Shown here piece by piece: positions 16,931 through 33,625 of a stretch of 64,000 nt of DNA. Under the pieces are notes generated by a model that saw only the letters and a list, made by a program, of their open reading frames with translations, ran no database searches and had not been told where the DNA came from. Source of the DNA: the human T2T-CHM13v2.0 reference genome, Homo sapiens. Location: assembly GCF_009914755.1 (NCBI RefSeq), contig NC_060936.1. The stretch is one strand, 5' to 3'. The translations under genes were made by a program, and so were the position numbers. Each line of letters begins with the position of its first letter. The first letter of the stretch is position 1.

Positions 16931-17907
16931 CCACTTTTAACGAAGGAACTGATGTTTTCAGGTTGAAGCATGGCCTTCAGATCGGAACAGGGAGGCATGG
17001 GAGTTGGGGGAGCAAGAGAAGGGGTCGAGATGGCCATGTGGAGAGGTGAGGCGAGACACACAAGGGGACACCGTGGCCATGGCAGCCTCTGCCTGGTCTC
17101 AGCTCCCAGCCATGAATGGAAAAGTGAGTCCATCTGTGTGGTGTACATTTTCTCACAGTCAGGCTGTTTGAGCAAGCAGGCCATGTGATTTAGGGGCTGC
17201 TCCGCCTTTTCTCCTATGTCCCCCTGTAATTCTGCCCTCACTAGCATGAGCCTTGAGTCAACCTGGTTGCAGCTCCCTGATGAGGGAGACCCCACAACCT
17301 GGGGATCTGCTCTGCTCCTGGAGGCCCTAGTGTAGAGAGGATGGGGCGTCTGCTAGAACAGGAGTGGCGGGTGCGATAGCCTCCCCACCAGAGGACCCCA
17401 GGCCACCCTGCCCCACTCCTCCATCCCTCCTGTCTCTGCAGGATCCCACCTGCTGGGCTGGCCCCGAAGGCCCTGGTCATCTTCTGTTTCTACAGCACTG
17501 ACACTATCAACAGCAAGTGCTCACGGACGCTGTTCAAGACCCCAAGTCCCTTGAAAACTACAATTCAGAATATAAAATCAGGATCTTGATTCTGCCAGAA
17601 ACTGACAGTGTTTGTTCAGGGAAAAGAAAGGCTGCTGGGGTCCAGGGTGATTTGGGGGTAAGGGTGAACCCTGATCATGTCCAATGCATGGGATGCCCAC
17701 ATCTGCTCTGATGTTTTGGGCTCTCCTGAGAGAAAAACTACCCTTTTCTTCATAGGTGTAGGCTTGGGGGGACTGTTACAGTTTTCAGCAATCCAAAGGA
17801 GAGGACCCTATCTGCACAGTCCGGGACGGTGAGTCTATAAACTGGGCATTACCCTATCTTGTGGCCTGTGGAAAGGACTGTCCAGGCCTGTGGCTCTTCA
17901 GGGCTTA

Positions 17908-18129
<222 letters not shown>

Positions 18130-19572
18130 TCAAAGCACGGAGGCGGATGCAGCCTCCGGCCCAGCCAGCCCGCGCCACGTGAACCAGACTCACGGTCCCT
18201 GGGCCTCAGTCTCCCTCTCTGAGGAAGGAACTGTCACAACCATTGATCTCAACAGCCTTCCAGGCTTCCAGAGACCAAGACACGGTTGCTTCTGCTGACT
18301 TTAAATGCTGCTGTCATCGCAGACCTCATGTGCCCTCGGTGCCAGTCAGAGTCTGCAGCTTGCTCCGTCCTGCTGGTGCGGAAGGATGTGCCAGGAGCCC
18401 TCAGTCTCCTCTTGTGGCTGGTTCACGGAGTGCTTGGCCACCAGCCCTTGGTGGTTTCCACTTTTACCTCTTACTAAGGTTACCAAGATGTCACTGAGGT
18501 ATAAGCTGTCACTAGTTTCCCCTCCCTTTGACTTTCCAGAGCGTATCTCAGAACATCTCTCACTCTTAGACAAGCTACTGTGGTTTTGGTCAATTCTGGG
18601 TGGACATTTAGGAGAGCTGTGGCCTGAAAAGGCAGGTTTTTTCCTGCCCTGAGTCTACTAGGCTGTAAAACAAGCATTAAGATGGCCCTGATCTCAAGAC
18701 ATGGAACAAGCGGCCTGGGGGTGAGGCTCATGTGGTCCTCCTTCCTGTACAGCAGAGTGACCACCTAACCTGGTGCCCAGCTGCCCAGGGCCTTCTTAGG
18801 TTGAAGGGACCTTCCTGACCATGTGCCTGCTTTCTGCTATTTCCTCTTTCATGCAGACCTTACAGACACTCTGGAGAGAGGAAATAATGTTCAAGCACTA
18901 GTTTGGACATTCTAGTTCCATCCATCATAGTACAGCAATAGATTACGCATTCTCTTTCCAAGAGAAAGGGAAAGCCATGAGCACAATGTCCACAGTCGTG
19001 CAGTCAGGACGCAAGTGCAGCCCATGGTGATGGGGTGTCTGGCAGGGAGCTGGGGTGTGGGGCAGGGGCTGAGATTCCCAAGGAGCTCGGGAGGGAGAGC
19101 ATCCGGGTACCCAGGCAGCAGCAGGGAACCCGAAGGCAGGGGTTTCAATAGACAGAACAAAGGAGTTCGCTGATTCCCACAGAACATCCCCCCTCACTTG
19201 AGCAGGCTCCAGGTCTGAAGACCAGCTCCTCTTGTCCCAATGTGAAGACACCCATTGACCGTCCCCACGCCAGCCTCGTCAGTAAGTACAGACAGGCAAA
19301 TGTGAGTGTCCAACAGTTAAATAAAAAGGACAGCAAAAAATGGAAGGTCAGTATGATCAAACTGACAAGCCCTCTCCTGAGGCGCGAGCCCTAAGATCCC
19401 TTCTTCTTTCTGGCCCTGCATCAAGGAAGGGCCAGAATCCACAGTCCCAACAGTCCTGACTTCAGACAGTGAAGCACATTTAAAAAAATTATTATTAGGA
19501 ACCTTAGAGAAGTGTAAGATATTGCATCCATAGAAAGTAACAATCTATGAAGGAAGAAGAGTTCAGAGATCA

Positions 19573-19900
<328 letters not shown>

Positions 19901-20114
19901 TATATATATATATATAACTGTTAAAGCAAAAAATCAGAAGACAGAATTTAAGAAATACCCAAAACGCACATCAATAAAAAAATACAAGATAAAAGGTAAG
20001 TTCTTTGGGAGACTGGTCCCGGAGTTCCAACATCCAAATAACATTTGTGCTCTGAAGAGAGAGCTGAAAACATGGAAGCAGGAACTTATCAAAGATACGA
20101 TCAAAGGATATTAG

Positions 20115-20449
<335 letters not shown>

Positions 20450-20929
20450 AGGAGACCTTATTCTTTAAGATTAAAGTCTTAACAGCAAGATGAAGTAAAA
20501 AGACCCACAACCTCGGACCCTCAGCGTGAAATTTCAGAACTTTAAGACCCACCCCCCCAAAAAATAAGAAAAAAAGAATCTAAGAGCTCCAAAAAATTAT
20601 GAGGGGGGGAAAAGCATTTCAACTCAGAATTCTGTCCTTGCAAAATTGTTAACCAAACTTGAAGACAGATTAAAGACATTTTTAGAACAAATGAGGACTC
20701 GGATAATTTATCTTGCAGGCACTCTTTCTTGCAAAGTTAACTGAAGCTGCTGGCTAACAAAACAAGGGAGTCAAATAAAGAAAGAACCAGACCTGAAATT
20801 CAGGACACCCTGGAGTAAACCCAGGGAAGCAGCATGGGAGCACTGGGGACAATAGCTTCACTCCAGGCCTAGGGAGCTGTCACTTGGAGGGGAAAGGGAA
20901 AATGGAGGGCCCCCAACAGTGAGTTTTCA

Positions 20930-21714
<785 letters not shown>

Positions 21715-22011
21715 TCATAGCTCCAGTTTCCTCCTTACAAAGTGAGAAGTCTCATGATTCTGGTGTACTGGATGGGCAAAATATACATCTAAATACATAC
21801 TCTTTAAATGATTTTACAGCTTCAACGATAACTTAGAAGCTAAAATCATGGGATCTCTACTACAGGCTAAGGGGGGTGGACAAGCGGGGAGTCTAAGGAG
21901 CTCAGCCTTCTCTGCTGCACCCGGTGTTAATAGATAAATCAAGTGGACTGCAGTGGAGAGCACAGGGTGGCAGCTCTTTCCTTTCAACTCTTCCTCTTCA
22001 GTGATATGCAT

Positions 22012-22017
<6 letters not shown>

Positions 22018-22044
<27 letters not shown>
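22018..22044. repeat. (CA)n microsatellite
   Basis: About 13 CA units. Confidence 0.95.
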
Positions 22045-22046
<2 letters not shown>

Positions 22047-22236
22047 AAAACAGATGAGAAATAATCTGGGATGTTTGTGGGAAGAGTCTTTGTTCTGGCT
22101 ACATTGGTTCCAGGTCTAATCAAATACCATGGGTTCAAGCCGTGTGGCCCTACCCACACTTCTATCCCCTCAAACAGGACCTGAGTAGTCACAGTGTCTG
22201 GTGCTGAAACTCATGGTCTGTCTGAAGTGGACCCAC

Positions 22237-22529
22237 CTGTAGGGCTGGGATCTCCAAGGGTGGCAATGGACACAGCCACAGCGGTGTCTGCAGGGCCCAT
22301 CATGAAGTCCAGCCCATGGCTGTGGACCAGCTGCCCAGTCTGGAAGGAAACTTCCTTGGAGGACGCCAGTGCAAGAGACATCAGCCAAGATTCAGGGGCA
22401 GCCAGAGAGGGGTTCAGCATGTCATTGCCAGCAGCCAGAGGGCAGAGGCCAGGGCCAGGGCAGAAGAGGGGGAGGGTGGCAGGATCATGGCCAGGCCCCT
22501 CCTGGTACATCTCGCCACCTGGCAGAGAC
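22237..22529 (-). CDS. ANHX: ANHX optional coding exon (293 nt; SLPGGEMYQEG...LGDPSPT)
   Basis: tgtcccccag|G acceptor and CAG|gtgggt donor. Open in the frame arriving from exon 23019-23139. The frame is restored only with the 18056 acceptor. Confidence 0.72.
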
Positions 22530-22828
22530 CTGGGGGACATGGAGAACACTGTCTCTTGGTGGGCAGAGCCTCCCTCAGGGCAGGGCAGGAGGGAGCACAA
22601 CGGTGCTCAAACAGTGCTGGTGTGCAGTAGGAACTCAAGAGATACTGGCTGGTATTAACTCAATGAAAAGCAAAACAGACAAAGTACTAGAAACAAACCA
22701 CAGGGACAGCTGGGTTTGTCTTTAGGTGGCAGGGCTGCATGTGTTTCCTTCTAAGTCTGTTACCCCGTTCTCCAAGACAGACATGAACTCAGGTGATGAG
22801 TCAGGCTGCAGGAGCACGTGTGGGTTCA

Positions 22829-23167
<339 letters not shown>

Positions 23168-23571
23168 TTAGTGAGGCTCTGGTTCCCAACCTCCTTCCCA
23201 TCAGGTATGAGCAGCCCTGCTGGCTGGAAAAGGCTGTTGCCATGGGGCCATCCCAATGTTTTTGCTTCTTGTCCTGTCTTTGGTGTGAACCAACAATCCA
23301 TAATTGCCAACCCAGGACACCCCAAATCCCGGTGCTTGGTTCACTTCTCAAATTGACTCACCAACTCCTCCTCTGGCCACACGATGCCCTCCTCTCCAGC
23401 CCAGCTCCTGGCCCGGCCACACAGTGACCTCAAAATGCATAGGGGCAGCCACAGCCCAGCCTGGGCATCTTGAGCCTCAGACCTCGGACCCTGTGATCTT
23501 GCTCCCACAGAGTGACACCTGGAACCTACTGATTGGAGGAGGGCTACCCCTGTAAGCAGTGTGACTACCTA

Positions 23572-23922
<351 letters not shown>

Positions 23923-24350
23923 TCAGACAGCTCATTTACACCAAGAAAGGGGGTGACAGCCCAGCCTAACCTCTCCAAGGACAGCAGAGAGCGGTGAGCA
24001 TGAGCAGAACATGCAGGCCTCACCTCCCTGGGCTGATCCCCATCCCCTGAGCAGTGAGGCCCAGGTCAGGCTGTCTGCACAGCCACATGTGCACGTCCCC
24101 CTGAGTGGGGCCCTTGCTAGGTCCACCCAGACAACATGCCCAGGGCCACCCCAAGCCCCTGGAGGGGCAGGGCCTGCAGAACCACACTGCCTGTGCCTGG
24201 CACAAACCCACTGTGCAGTGGAGAGCATGTCAGCTGGCAGATGCCTCGACCCATCGTCCTGGTGCCTGGCACACAGTGGGTGCTGAGTGAGCAGCCGTGG
24301 GGCCACATACACAGATGTTATGACTCCACGTGAGAAAATGAAACCCTTTA

Positions 24351-24785
<435 letters not shown>

Positions 24786-26619
24786 TTAGTGAAAACTAGA
24801 GTCTCTTCCACAGACATGCACAAACCCTGACAAATACTGTTCCAGAACATCTACAGGCCACTGTGAGGAGCCCTCTGTGGGCCCTTGCAGTGCTCCTGGG
24901 TGCATCTCAGCCCATGGAGCCCCGATGGATGGCCCTCCTGGACATCCTCACACGTAGACATCCTCATCCATGGAGGCCGCGTGCACAGCCTTCCTCGTAC
25001 TCACACACAGGTGTCCTCAGCCCATGGAGCTCCCGTGGATGGCCCTCCTGGACACACACACACACTGTTGTCCTCAGGACCTGGCTGCCACCCTGGGTGC
25101 TTTTCCATTCAGTGCTTTCTGTTCATCGCTGGTTTCCAGGCATCAGCCCCATTCTTGCATGAGTCCTCTGAGGCTTGCAGCACTCACACCCCTGCCACCC
25201 TGCATGGCCACGCCAGCTTTCTCCCTTCGTCTCTCACCCCCAAGACCTCCTCCCAAGACTTAATGTCCTTGGGTGATCTGGCTCTCATTTCACCAAGATG
25301 TTCTCAGAAGAGAAGCACCACCTGTGCCCCCAGCAAACCTGCCAGCCCTTCTGCACTCCCCAAATGCCTGTGGGGCCCCTGGTGAGGGGAGGCTCCAGCC
25401 GTGGCACCTGCTCATCCCCCATCTCACTAAGAACACTCCCCTGAACTAATTCCCTGCTTGCCATCACCAGCATTTCTTCTAGTAAGTCATTCTCATGAGC
25501 TGCTAAGCTCTGTAAATTTCTCACCTCCAGTGGTGATCCCATGAGTCTGCTCCAGTTCCAGCTAAACTTCTCAAAGAATGATCTTGGATCACTGCCACTG
25601 TCTCCTTGTCTCTGTGACACACCTGGATCCTTGCACCTTGCCACTAAAAGCACTTGCCCAGCTCACACAATCCGAAGTTCATTTCTCAGCTCTCCTCTTA
25701 ACTGGCACCTCCTCAGCCTCACTGGCTTCTGAACTCTGCACTGCTGGATTTCCTCTTCCTCTCACTGGCCATGTCTCAGCTGAATCTTCCTCATCCTCCT
25801 CTGGGCTGCAAAGTCCCAGAGGTCTGTCCCCTGAACACAGAGGACCCCTTTCTCTGTGCGCTCCCAGGATTTCAGTATCAGTCACAGAGATGACAAAGGG
25901 ATGCGTGTCTGAGCAATGCTGGAGTTGGACACTGGGGGTGTTCCAGCTGGTTATGCTCCTCTCTAGTGCTGAGCAGATTTGAATATTTCATAAGGAAAAG
26001 ATGATATATGCACCAATATTACTTGTCTGTAGAAGGTGTGTCATCCCAGTGCCTACTTGGACATCTAAAATGCATCTCGCACATCATGAATCCCAAAAGA
26101 ACTCCATCCCCCCTCTCCAGACTTTTCCCCAGCTCCTGTGCATCTCAGTGAAGGAACCCTCATGCTCCTGGTGGTTCCCACATAGGCCAAGAGCCCTGGA
26201 GTCTACTTTAGCCCTCTCTTTACCTCCTGCCATGTGTACAGCCCATCAGCAAACCCCCCAGCTCCACCTCCTGTGTCAGGGTACTGACACAACACTCTCC
26301 ACTTTCCCCAGCCACGATCCCAGCCCTGGGCATGCCTGGAACCTCCTAGAAACTCCAGCATCTACTCCTGATCCCTGTATCTGCATCTTCTGTGACTCAG
26401 ATGCCATCCCTTCCTGACACCACCCGGGAACCATCAGCATGGTCATAACCCAATCCAGCAGCTACCATGGCTGCCGGCTCAATGTCCTCCTGCTGCTCAT
26501 CAGCCTCTAAGGCAGGGTGAGCGAATCCATTCCAACACCTGCTTTTACATTTTTCAAGGGCTGTGAACACATACACCCCAAAATACTTCCCATCTGCCCC
26601 TGAACACCAAGCTTCTCTG

Positions 26620-26950
26620 ATCCCAAGTCTTTGAATGTGCTGCCCCTTCCCAGAAACTTCTGCTCACATGGCTGACACATCACCATACTCAAGACTCTCC
26701 TCCAAGACTAGGACCAGCCTGCACTGACCACCCCATCTAAAGCAGCCAACCTTGCACAGCCCTCTTCTGGACATATTCTCTGCATAGCACTTCTCACTCT
26801 CTGAATTATGTGACCTACTTTATTTTCTTGTCTGTTGACTATTGTCCACATCCCAATGTCAGTTCCATGGAGGCAGAGCCTGGCCTTCATCCCCAGCACC
26901 TCCCAGAACCCAGCAGGCAGGGGGTGCTTAACAAACATGTCGACAAGATG
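26620..26950 (+). mobile_element. Ancient L2-like 3' fragment
   Basis: gttccatggaggcagagcctgg...catccccagcacc...ggggtgcttaacaaacatgt. Confidence 0.5.
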
Positions 26951-27267
26951 ACACCACTGCACTCTGGCAGGTGTCAGCATGCCCGTGGGGGGCTACAATC
27001 ACATCCCCTGAAGACCCCACAGCTGATTTACTGCTGGGCTTCTGACGACTTGTCTTACTCTGTCACTCTATTTGATGGGTACCACGCAAGAAAATTCTCT
27101 GAGCCCAAAAGGTATCCATGTCTTCTTCCTTCAGCGACCAGTATTCTTACCGACCAGGCCCTGTGGCTCAGGAATCTTTCATGACTTGGGCTGTCAGGAG
27201 TTCACAGCAAGATCTACAGCCCTTTCCTGACCAGTGGAGAGCACCTGAGATGAAGAATAAGGCTCCC

Positions 27268-27462
27268 CGGAGTTTGAGACCAGCCTGGGAAATATAGCAA
27301 GACCCTGTCTCTACAAAAAATTAAAAATTAGCTGGGCATGGTGGTCACAGCTACCTGGGGGGCTGAGGTGGGAGGATCGCTTGAGCCCGGGAAGTTGAGG
27401 CTGCAGAGTTGTGACCGCCCCACTGCATGCTAGTCTGGGCAACAGAGCAAGACCCTGTCTCA
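27268..27462 (+). mobile_element. 5'-truncated AluJ-like element
   Basis: ggagtttgagaccagcctggg through agagcaagaccctgtctc. Confidence 0.85.
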
Positions 27463-27499
27463 ATTTTTTTTAAAGGCTCCAATTTCTCAGTGTCTGGGC

Positions 27500-27740
27500 T
27501 AGCGTCCTGGCTTTGCAACTCTCTCTCGTGTGGAACCTCAGGTTACCCTTTCTGTGCCTCCGTTTCCTCATCCATAAGTGGTGATGATGGTGATAATAAA
27601 AATTACTAGTAACATTTATTTAGTGCTGATAATGGTGGCGATGATAAGGACTACCACTTATTTAGTGCCTATCATGTGCCTGGCACTATTCTGAGCGCCT
27701 GACATGTAACTCATGCTAACACTGGCAACATTCTCACCCT
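27500..27740. mobile_element. MIR-like fragments
   Basis: ctgtgcctccgtttcctcatccataa; ttatttagtgcctatcatgtgcctggcactattct. Confidence 0.55.
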
Positions 27741-28214
27741 TAACTCTTTGAAAGGCCTTGCAACCCCTCAGTGGCCACCCAGAGCCCAGATTGTGGGGAT
27801 TAGATGACCTGGGGACACATGTTGAGCTGTTCCCACCTGCCCTCCATCTCCACTGTCCCTGGCCCAATAGCCCCCTTTCTGGCCAGTCCCTGGGTGGATG
27901 CTGGGCAGAGATGATGAGGATGCCCACCTCCTGGCCTTAGCCTCAGTCACCCTGTGGTCAGCCATCCGTTTCCAGCCATCAGCTGACTGAAGTGGCTGGT
28001 GGAGAGTGTAGCTCAGTGACCAGCATCCAGCACAGGTGTGACACACACTGAAGTCATCTTATGCTGACTACACTGTGACTATTACTGCTCCGGCGGACAT
28101 TTCCTGTCCCTATCTCCTCACCTCCACTTTGCTTCAGCCCCTCTGGGCTTTGCATGGTACATCTAATCCCTTGGGATCCCCATGAAATATGCACAAGTAA
28201 ATGCTTGTAGGTTA

Positions 28215-28583
<369 letters not shown>

Positions 28584-28950
28584 TCACCTCATAGACCTTG
28601 GGCAGATGCACTCACATCAGTCTTGAATGGGCCCCTTCCTTTAAACCTTCAACCCTCCCCAAAACACAAGATAAGCACAGCTCCCAGCTGTACCTCAAAG
28701 GTAAGGCACATGTGGCAAGGGGAAGTCCAGTGACTCTCTTTTGGCCAACAGCAAAGGGGAGGTGGAGCAGTGGTTATAACCACATGGTGCGATTTGAGGG
28801 CCTGATGTCTGATTCAAGTCTTACATGAAAGACCTTTGTCTCCCAGCAGCAGTGCTGGTCCCTCAGGTACTCGGCACAATCTAAGGTGAGGGGGATGAAG
28901 GGGTCCCTGTCTGTGGCCAGTACACCCATCCACTTAACTGGACTTTGCTG

Positions 28951-29076
28951 ATGACGGAGGATGCCTGGTGCTGGTCTCCCGTGACTCCTGTGTGGCTCCC
29001 ACCATTTCCTTAATGACGGAGGATGCCTGGTGCTGGTCTCCCGTGACTCCTGTGTGGCTCCCACCATTTCCTTAAT
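28951..29076. repeat. Perfect 62-bp tandem duplication
   Basis: atgacggaggatgcc...catttcctta starts at 28951 and again at 29013. Confidence 0.95.
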
Positions 29077-30184
29077 TCCAATCATCTGCCACAGGAGTGA
29101 TCCCTGTGGCCCCACACTGGCCTTTAACTACGATGCTGCCTGGACCATCCTGGCGAGGGAGGTGCTGAGAATCATTCAGCTTTCTCTCTGAGGCATCAGA
29201 GAGGCCCAGTCTTGCTCGGCAGTGACCCCTCAGAGCCGACGGCTCTGTGCCCCACTCTCCTCTCAGCACGCGGCCTTCAGGGAACCTGCATGGGAACTTC
29301 CCCCTGCCCTGACGTGGGGGCAGGAACACCCTGCACAGGCTGGGGTTGCCACCCGTTCTTGATGTGGTGGTCCCTTCATGCCTCCCAGGTCTCAGCCGCA
29401 AGTCACCTCCTCAGACGTACCTGTGGGTCACCCTGACTGAGCTTCTAATTCCTCTGCAGGGGGTTTTCATCACTGATGCCAGTGGTTGCCTTCACGGCAG
29501 TCATTACAACTCTAACTCTGCACTCTCTCGTTTGTTTACTTCATTTATTTTGACAGATTTGAAAGACCTGGAGCCCTGCTAGGTTCTAGGTGTCGTGCTG
29601 TGTGTCAGCCAATCTTGCAGTGAGAAAGGCTGTGGTGGCCCTGCCTCATGGACCTTCAGTGTAGTAAGGGAGGCAGATTGACAAACAACCTTCTAGTTAC
29701 AAACAGAGGCAGGGACAGAAAAGGGGTAACGGGGGGGCAATACTGGAGAGTGAAGGAGGCACCACCTCCCTGGGCTGACATTTAAAGTAGAAACCAGAAG
29801 GGTAGGTAGGCACTGGCCACACGGAGAGCCAGGCGCCAGCCTCTAACAGAGGAAAGACACCTGCAAAGGCCTTGGGACAGGGAAACATCTCGGGAGTTGG
29901 AACGGCAAGGAGACTGGTGTGGCCACTGCAGAGGAGGCTGGGAGGAGTCAGAGGTGAGAGGACAGCAGCAGGCTCAGGCCCCGGATCTGGGAGCCACTGC
30001 TCAGGGGCACACTGTGATACCATTTGCATTGTAAAAACTCCCTCTGGCTGCTGTGTGAACAGGTGGAGGGGACAGGAGGACACCACACTAGCTTGGTGAG
30101 GGGTTGGAAGGAACCGAGTATCTTGAAGGTAAACTCACAATGAATTATGTATGGACTGTTTTACAGGGTCAAAGAAAGGAAAAA

Positions 30185-30510
30185 TAGGCATTCAAATTCC
30201 TTTTTGGAAACCCTTTGGGCCACGTTTTCTGTGATTCAGAATTTTTCAGATTTCAGCAAGTAACGCAGGCATCCAGCACACGACATGCACCACTCAGCAC
30301 GACCTGGGGCAGCATCCTGTCATCAAGCATACTCTTATTTAGGCAGCAAAACGTACAGTGGTCACATTAGTTGGAACAATAAACACTATAAATAGCTTCA
30401 GATCAGCACAGGTCAGGTTCAGTGCCTAATGCGTTGAGGTTGAAGGTACCAGCAGGTGAGCGAGAGATACTTTTGGTTTTCAGAGTTCTCCATTGCAGAC
30501 TTGCGGCCGG
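30185..30510. mobile_element. Non-autonomous DNA transposon relic (MER46C/Tigger-like)
   Basis: gaaaccctttgggcca...ttcagaatttttcagatt...actataaatagcttca...caggtcaggtt...ttttcagag resembles the consensus as I recall it. Confidence 0.6.
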
Positions 30511-30706
30511 GGAATGAGAAGGGGTCTGTCTGAATGCCTTGCTAAGATGCTGGCTCTCCAAAGACAGGACTGCATTTTATTCACTCACTTTATTGGCATC
30601 TTGCCTGTCACAGATCACCACTCAATAGGGATTTGCCAAATGAGTAGTTTTAACTCAGATTACCAAACTAGTTAGAGCTTAGTAATGTGAGAGCGGAGTA
30701 AGGTTA

Positions 30707-31195
<489 letters not shown>

Positions 31196-31779
31196 TCAAT
31201 CGCCCAACCCACTCTGCAAAGCAGGTGATGCACGGCTCTTGTGCCGTGGACACTTGTAGAGTAGGAATAAGACCTCACACATCCCGAGAGAGGGCAGCAC
31301 CATAGCATACACCCTCTAGAATTTCCTTCTAATCCCCCAAATACTTTAGTCCTTAACGAACACGGCTGTGCACCAAGCACTGGGCTGGGTACTGTCTGCA
31401 ACAGCTCCTCCACTGCTCTGGGCTCAGTAGGGTAGGGACCTTGTGTGCAGGGGTCACCAGTGGATGCCAAGGCCTTTCATCTGAACCCACATACATGCAC
31501 TTGTTTTAACAGCAGAAACTGCTCACGCCAATACTTAATCCAAACAATGTCAAAGACACACTTTGCAATCACACGCTTGGTCCTGCATCCACACAGGAGG
31601 AACCTTTACTTGTTCTAACGGTGCCTCACCTAAGGACATTCAGGCAGCTGCCAGTGACTGCTTTTCCCAACAGAAAACCTTCCCCAATCGATCTTACTTC
31701 TGCGGAATACACTTTTATTCACAGAAGTGGGGGCAGGGTAGTAGGTGTTGCCAAACTGCTTTCCAAAAGGTTTGTAAAT

Positions 31780-33300
31780 CCTCACAGCCGCGAAGAACCA
31801 GGTAGGCTGCGCGCTCCCTGGCGAGGGGTTCTTTCTGCCGTGCGCCCGCCAAGGGGACGCGACCTCGTCTACTCCACCCGTTCCCGGGCTCTAGCGCCAT
31901 CTCACCCGGGTCCTGACTCGGGGCTCTGAGTTTCCAGCTGCCACAGTGGGCAGGAGGCCCTGGACCTGGGGTCCCTTGGGGGAACAGAGCCTGCAGGGGC
32001 CTTGGAGGAGGGCAGAGGAGGCTCCCAGGCCTGGGTTTCCTGCAACGCCGACCCCCACCGGCTCTGGGAGGGGCGGGGTTCCTGCCACTTCAGGAAGGAA
32101 AAAGGTTCCTGTGGGGTACCTTGGCCTGTCCGCCCGGTGCCCTGAGGGGCACCCGGCTCCAGCTGAATGGAGGGGAAGGGTCGCGGGAGGTGGCTCTGCT
32201 TGGCTTCCTGACTTTGGCGGGACCCCCGCCCATGGCCCCCAGCCCCCCTACCTTTCTGGCACGCTGCTCCCTGCGGAGGCCGAAATTCCTGCCTGGGGCT
32301 CCAGCCTGGGAGGCTCCACCCTCAGCCCCACCCCGGCCCCCGCACCCCTCACCCTCCGGGGCCCCCCTTACCCTCAGGGACTCCTGCCCTAGCGCCCCTC
32401 ACCTTCCGGGACCCCCCGCCTCCGCGCCCCTTATCCTCCAGGACCCCCCCCCGCCTGCGCGCCCCTCACCCTCAGGGACCCCCGCCCCCGCGCCCCTCAC
32501 ATTCCAGGCCCCCCCTGCCCCCGCGCGTCCCTCATCCTCCCGGACCCCCCTGCCCGCGCGCCCCTCACCCTCCGGGACCCGCTTCAGCGCTGGCGCACGT
32601 GCTTGGCGCGCACCCGGGGCTGGCGAGGAGGCGCTGGGCAGCACAGAAGGTGCGGGTGCTACAAAGTATCCAGGCTCGCAGCCAATCCCGCGAGGCCCCG
32701 CCCACAAGGCGTCCCGGGGGCCGGCGCCCCTCAGCCCCCGATGCGACCGCGGAGTCCGGGGGAGCTGAGGGGTCCGTGGGGGATCTGGTGTCCGTGGCAT
32801 CTGCGGGTCCGAGGAGTCCCGGACGACCTGGGGTTTCTGGGGTGTGCGGTGCGGGGTCAGAAAGGCCTGGAGCTTTGCGTCCTCGAGCGCCGGAAGGAGC
32901 AGGCTCTGCGGGGCGCGGGGTGCGGGGTTGGTGGGGGAGGGCGCCGCGACCCCCGCCCTGCAGCGGAGCCGAGGGAGTCGTGACCCACGGCTGACCCCGC
33001 GCCGCCCGCCCTGGCTCTGGCGCCGGCGCAGGCGCAGCTGAGTCAAACTGGGGTCGCGGCTCGGTGGGGCGCAGCGCTTTCCTAGCGCGGGGGAGGAGGG
33101 CGCCTCTGGAACGCAGACCCCCAGGGGACGCGCCTGGGTCCAAGCGGAGTTCCGACTTCAGCCTCGGCGGGGGGCTCCACCCAGGTGGGCCCTGCGGGTG
33201 GCTCCCTCAGGGGAAGCCTAGGGCAGCCTGACCACGGCTGACCTCCGTGACCACCGGCGTTCCGGGCACCACGGGGCGATCCTGGGGTGGGAGTGGGGTC
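31780..33300. promoter_or_regulatory. ANHX: CpG island, likely ANHX promoter and non-coding first exon
   Basis: Very high GC and CpG density. CCAAT at 32682-32686, GC box near 32696, NRF1-like GCGCAGGCGC at 33026-33035, AP-1 site TGAGTCA at 33039-33045. Confidence 0.8.
32335..32580. repeat. GC-rich minisatellite (about 8 units, most about 30-35 bp)
   Basis: Recurrent cgcgcccctcaccctccgggacccccc. Confidence 0.85.
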
Positions 33301-33479
33301 CTCGCAGACCTGGTCAAAAGGTGGCTGGGAAATGACTGAACACCCCAAGTCCTGGCACGGGTGCAGTCCAGCCTCTGCCCTTGTGGAGTTTATAGTTTTT
33401 TTGTGGGTTTGTGGCTTTTTTTTTTTGTTTTTGGTGTTTTATACAGTGAGCTCGGAAGTTACCCGGAGACCTTGAATTG

Positions 33480-33625
33480 TTTGTTTAGAGGCAGGGTCTC
33501 GCTCTGTGGCCCAGGCTGGAGTGCGGCGGCGCGATCAGAGCTCACTCCAGCCTCAACCTCTTGGGGTCAAGTGATCCTCCTGCCTCAGCCTCCCAGACCA
33601 CAGGTGCGTGCCACCGTGCCCGGCC
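33480..33625 (-). mobile_element. Alu monomer/AluJ fragment
   Basis: agaggcagggtctcgctctgtggcccaggctggagtgc through ccaccgtgcccggcc. Confidence 0.8.

Noticed and set aside
31946-33143. Long Pro/Arg/Gly-rich ORFs in the CpG island
   Set aside because: Stop codons are rare in GC-rich repetitive DNA; the ORFs overlap on both strands and show no domain signal.
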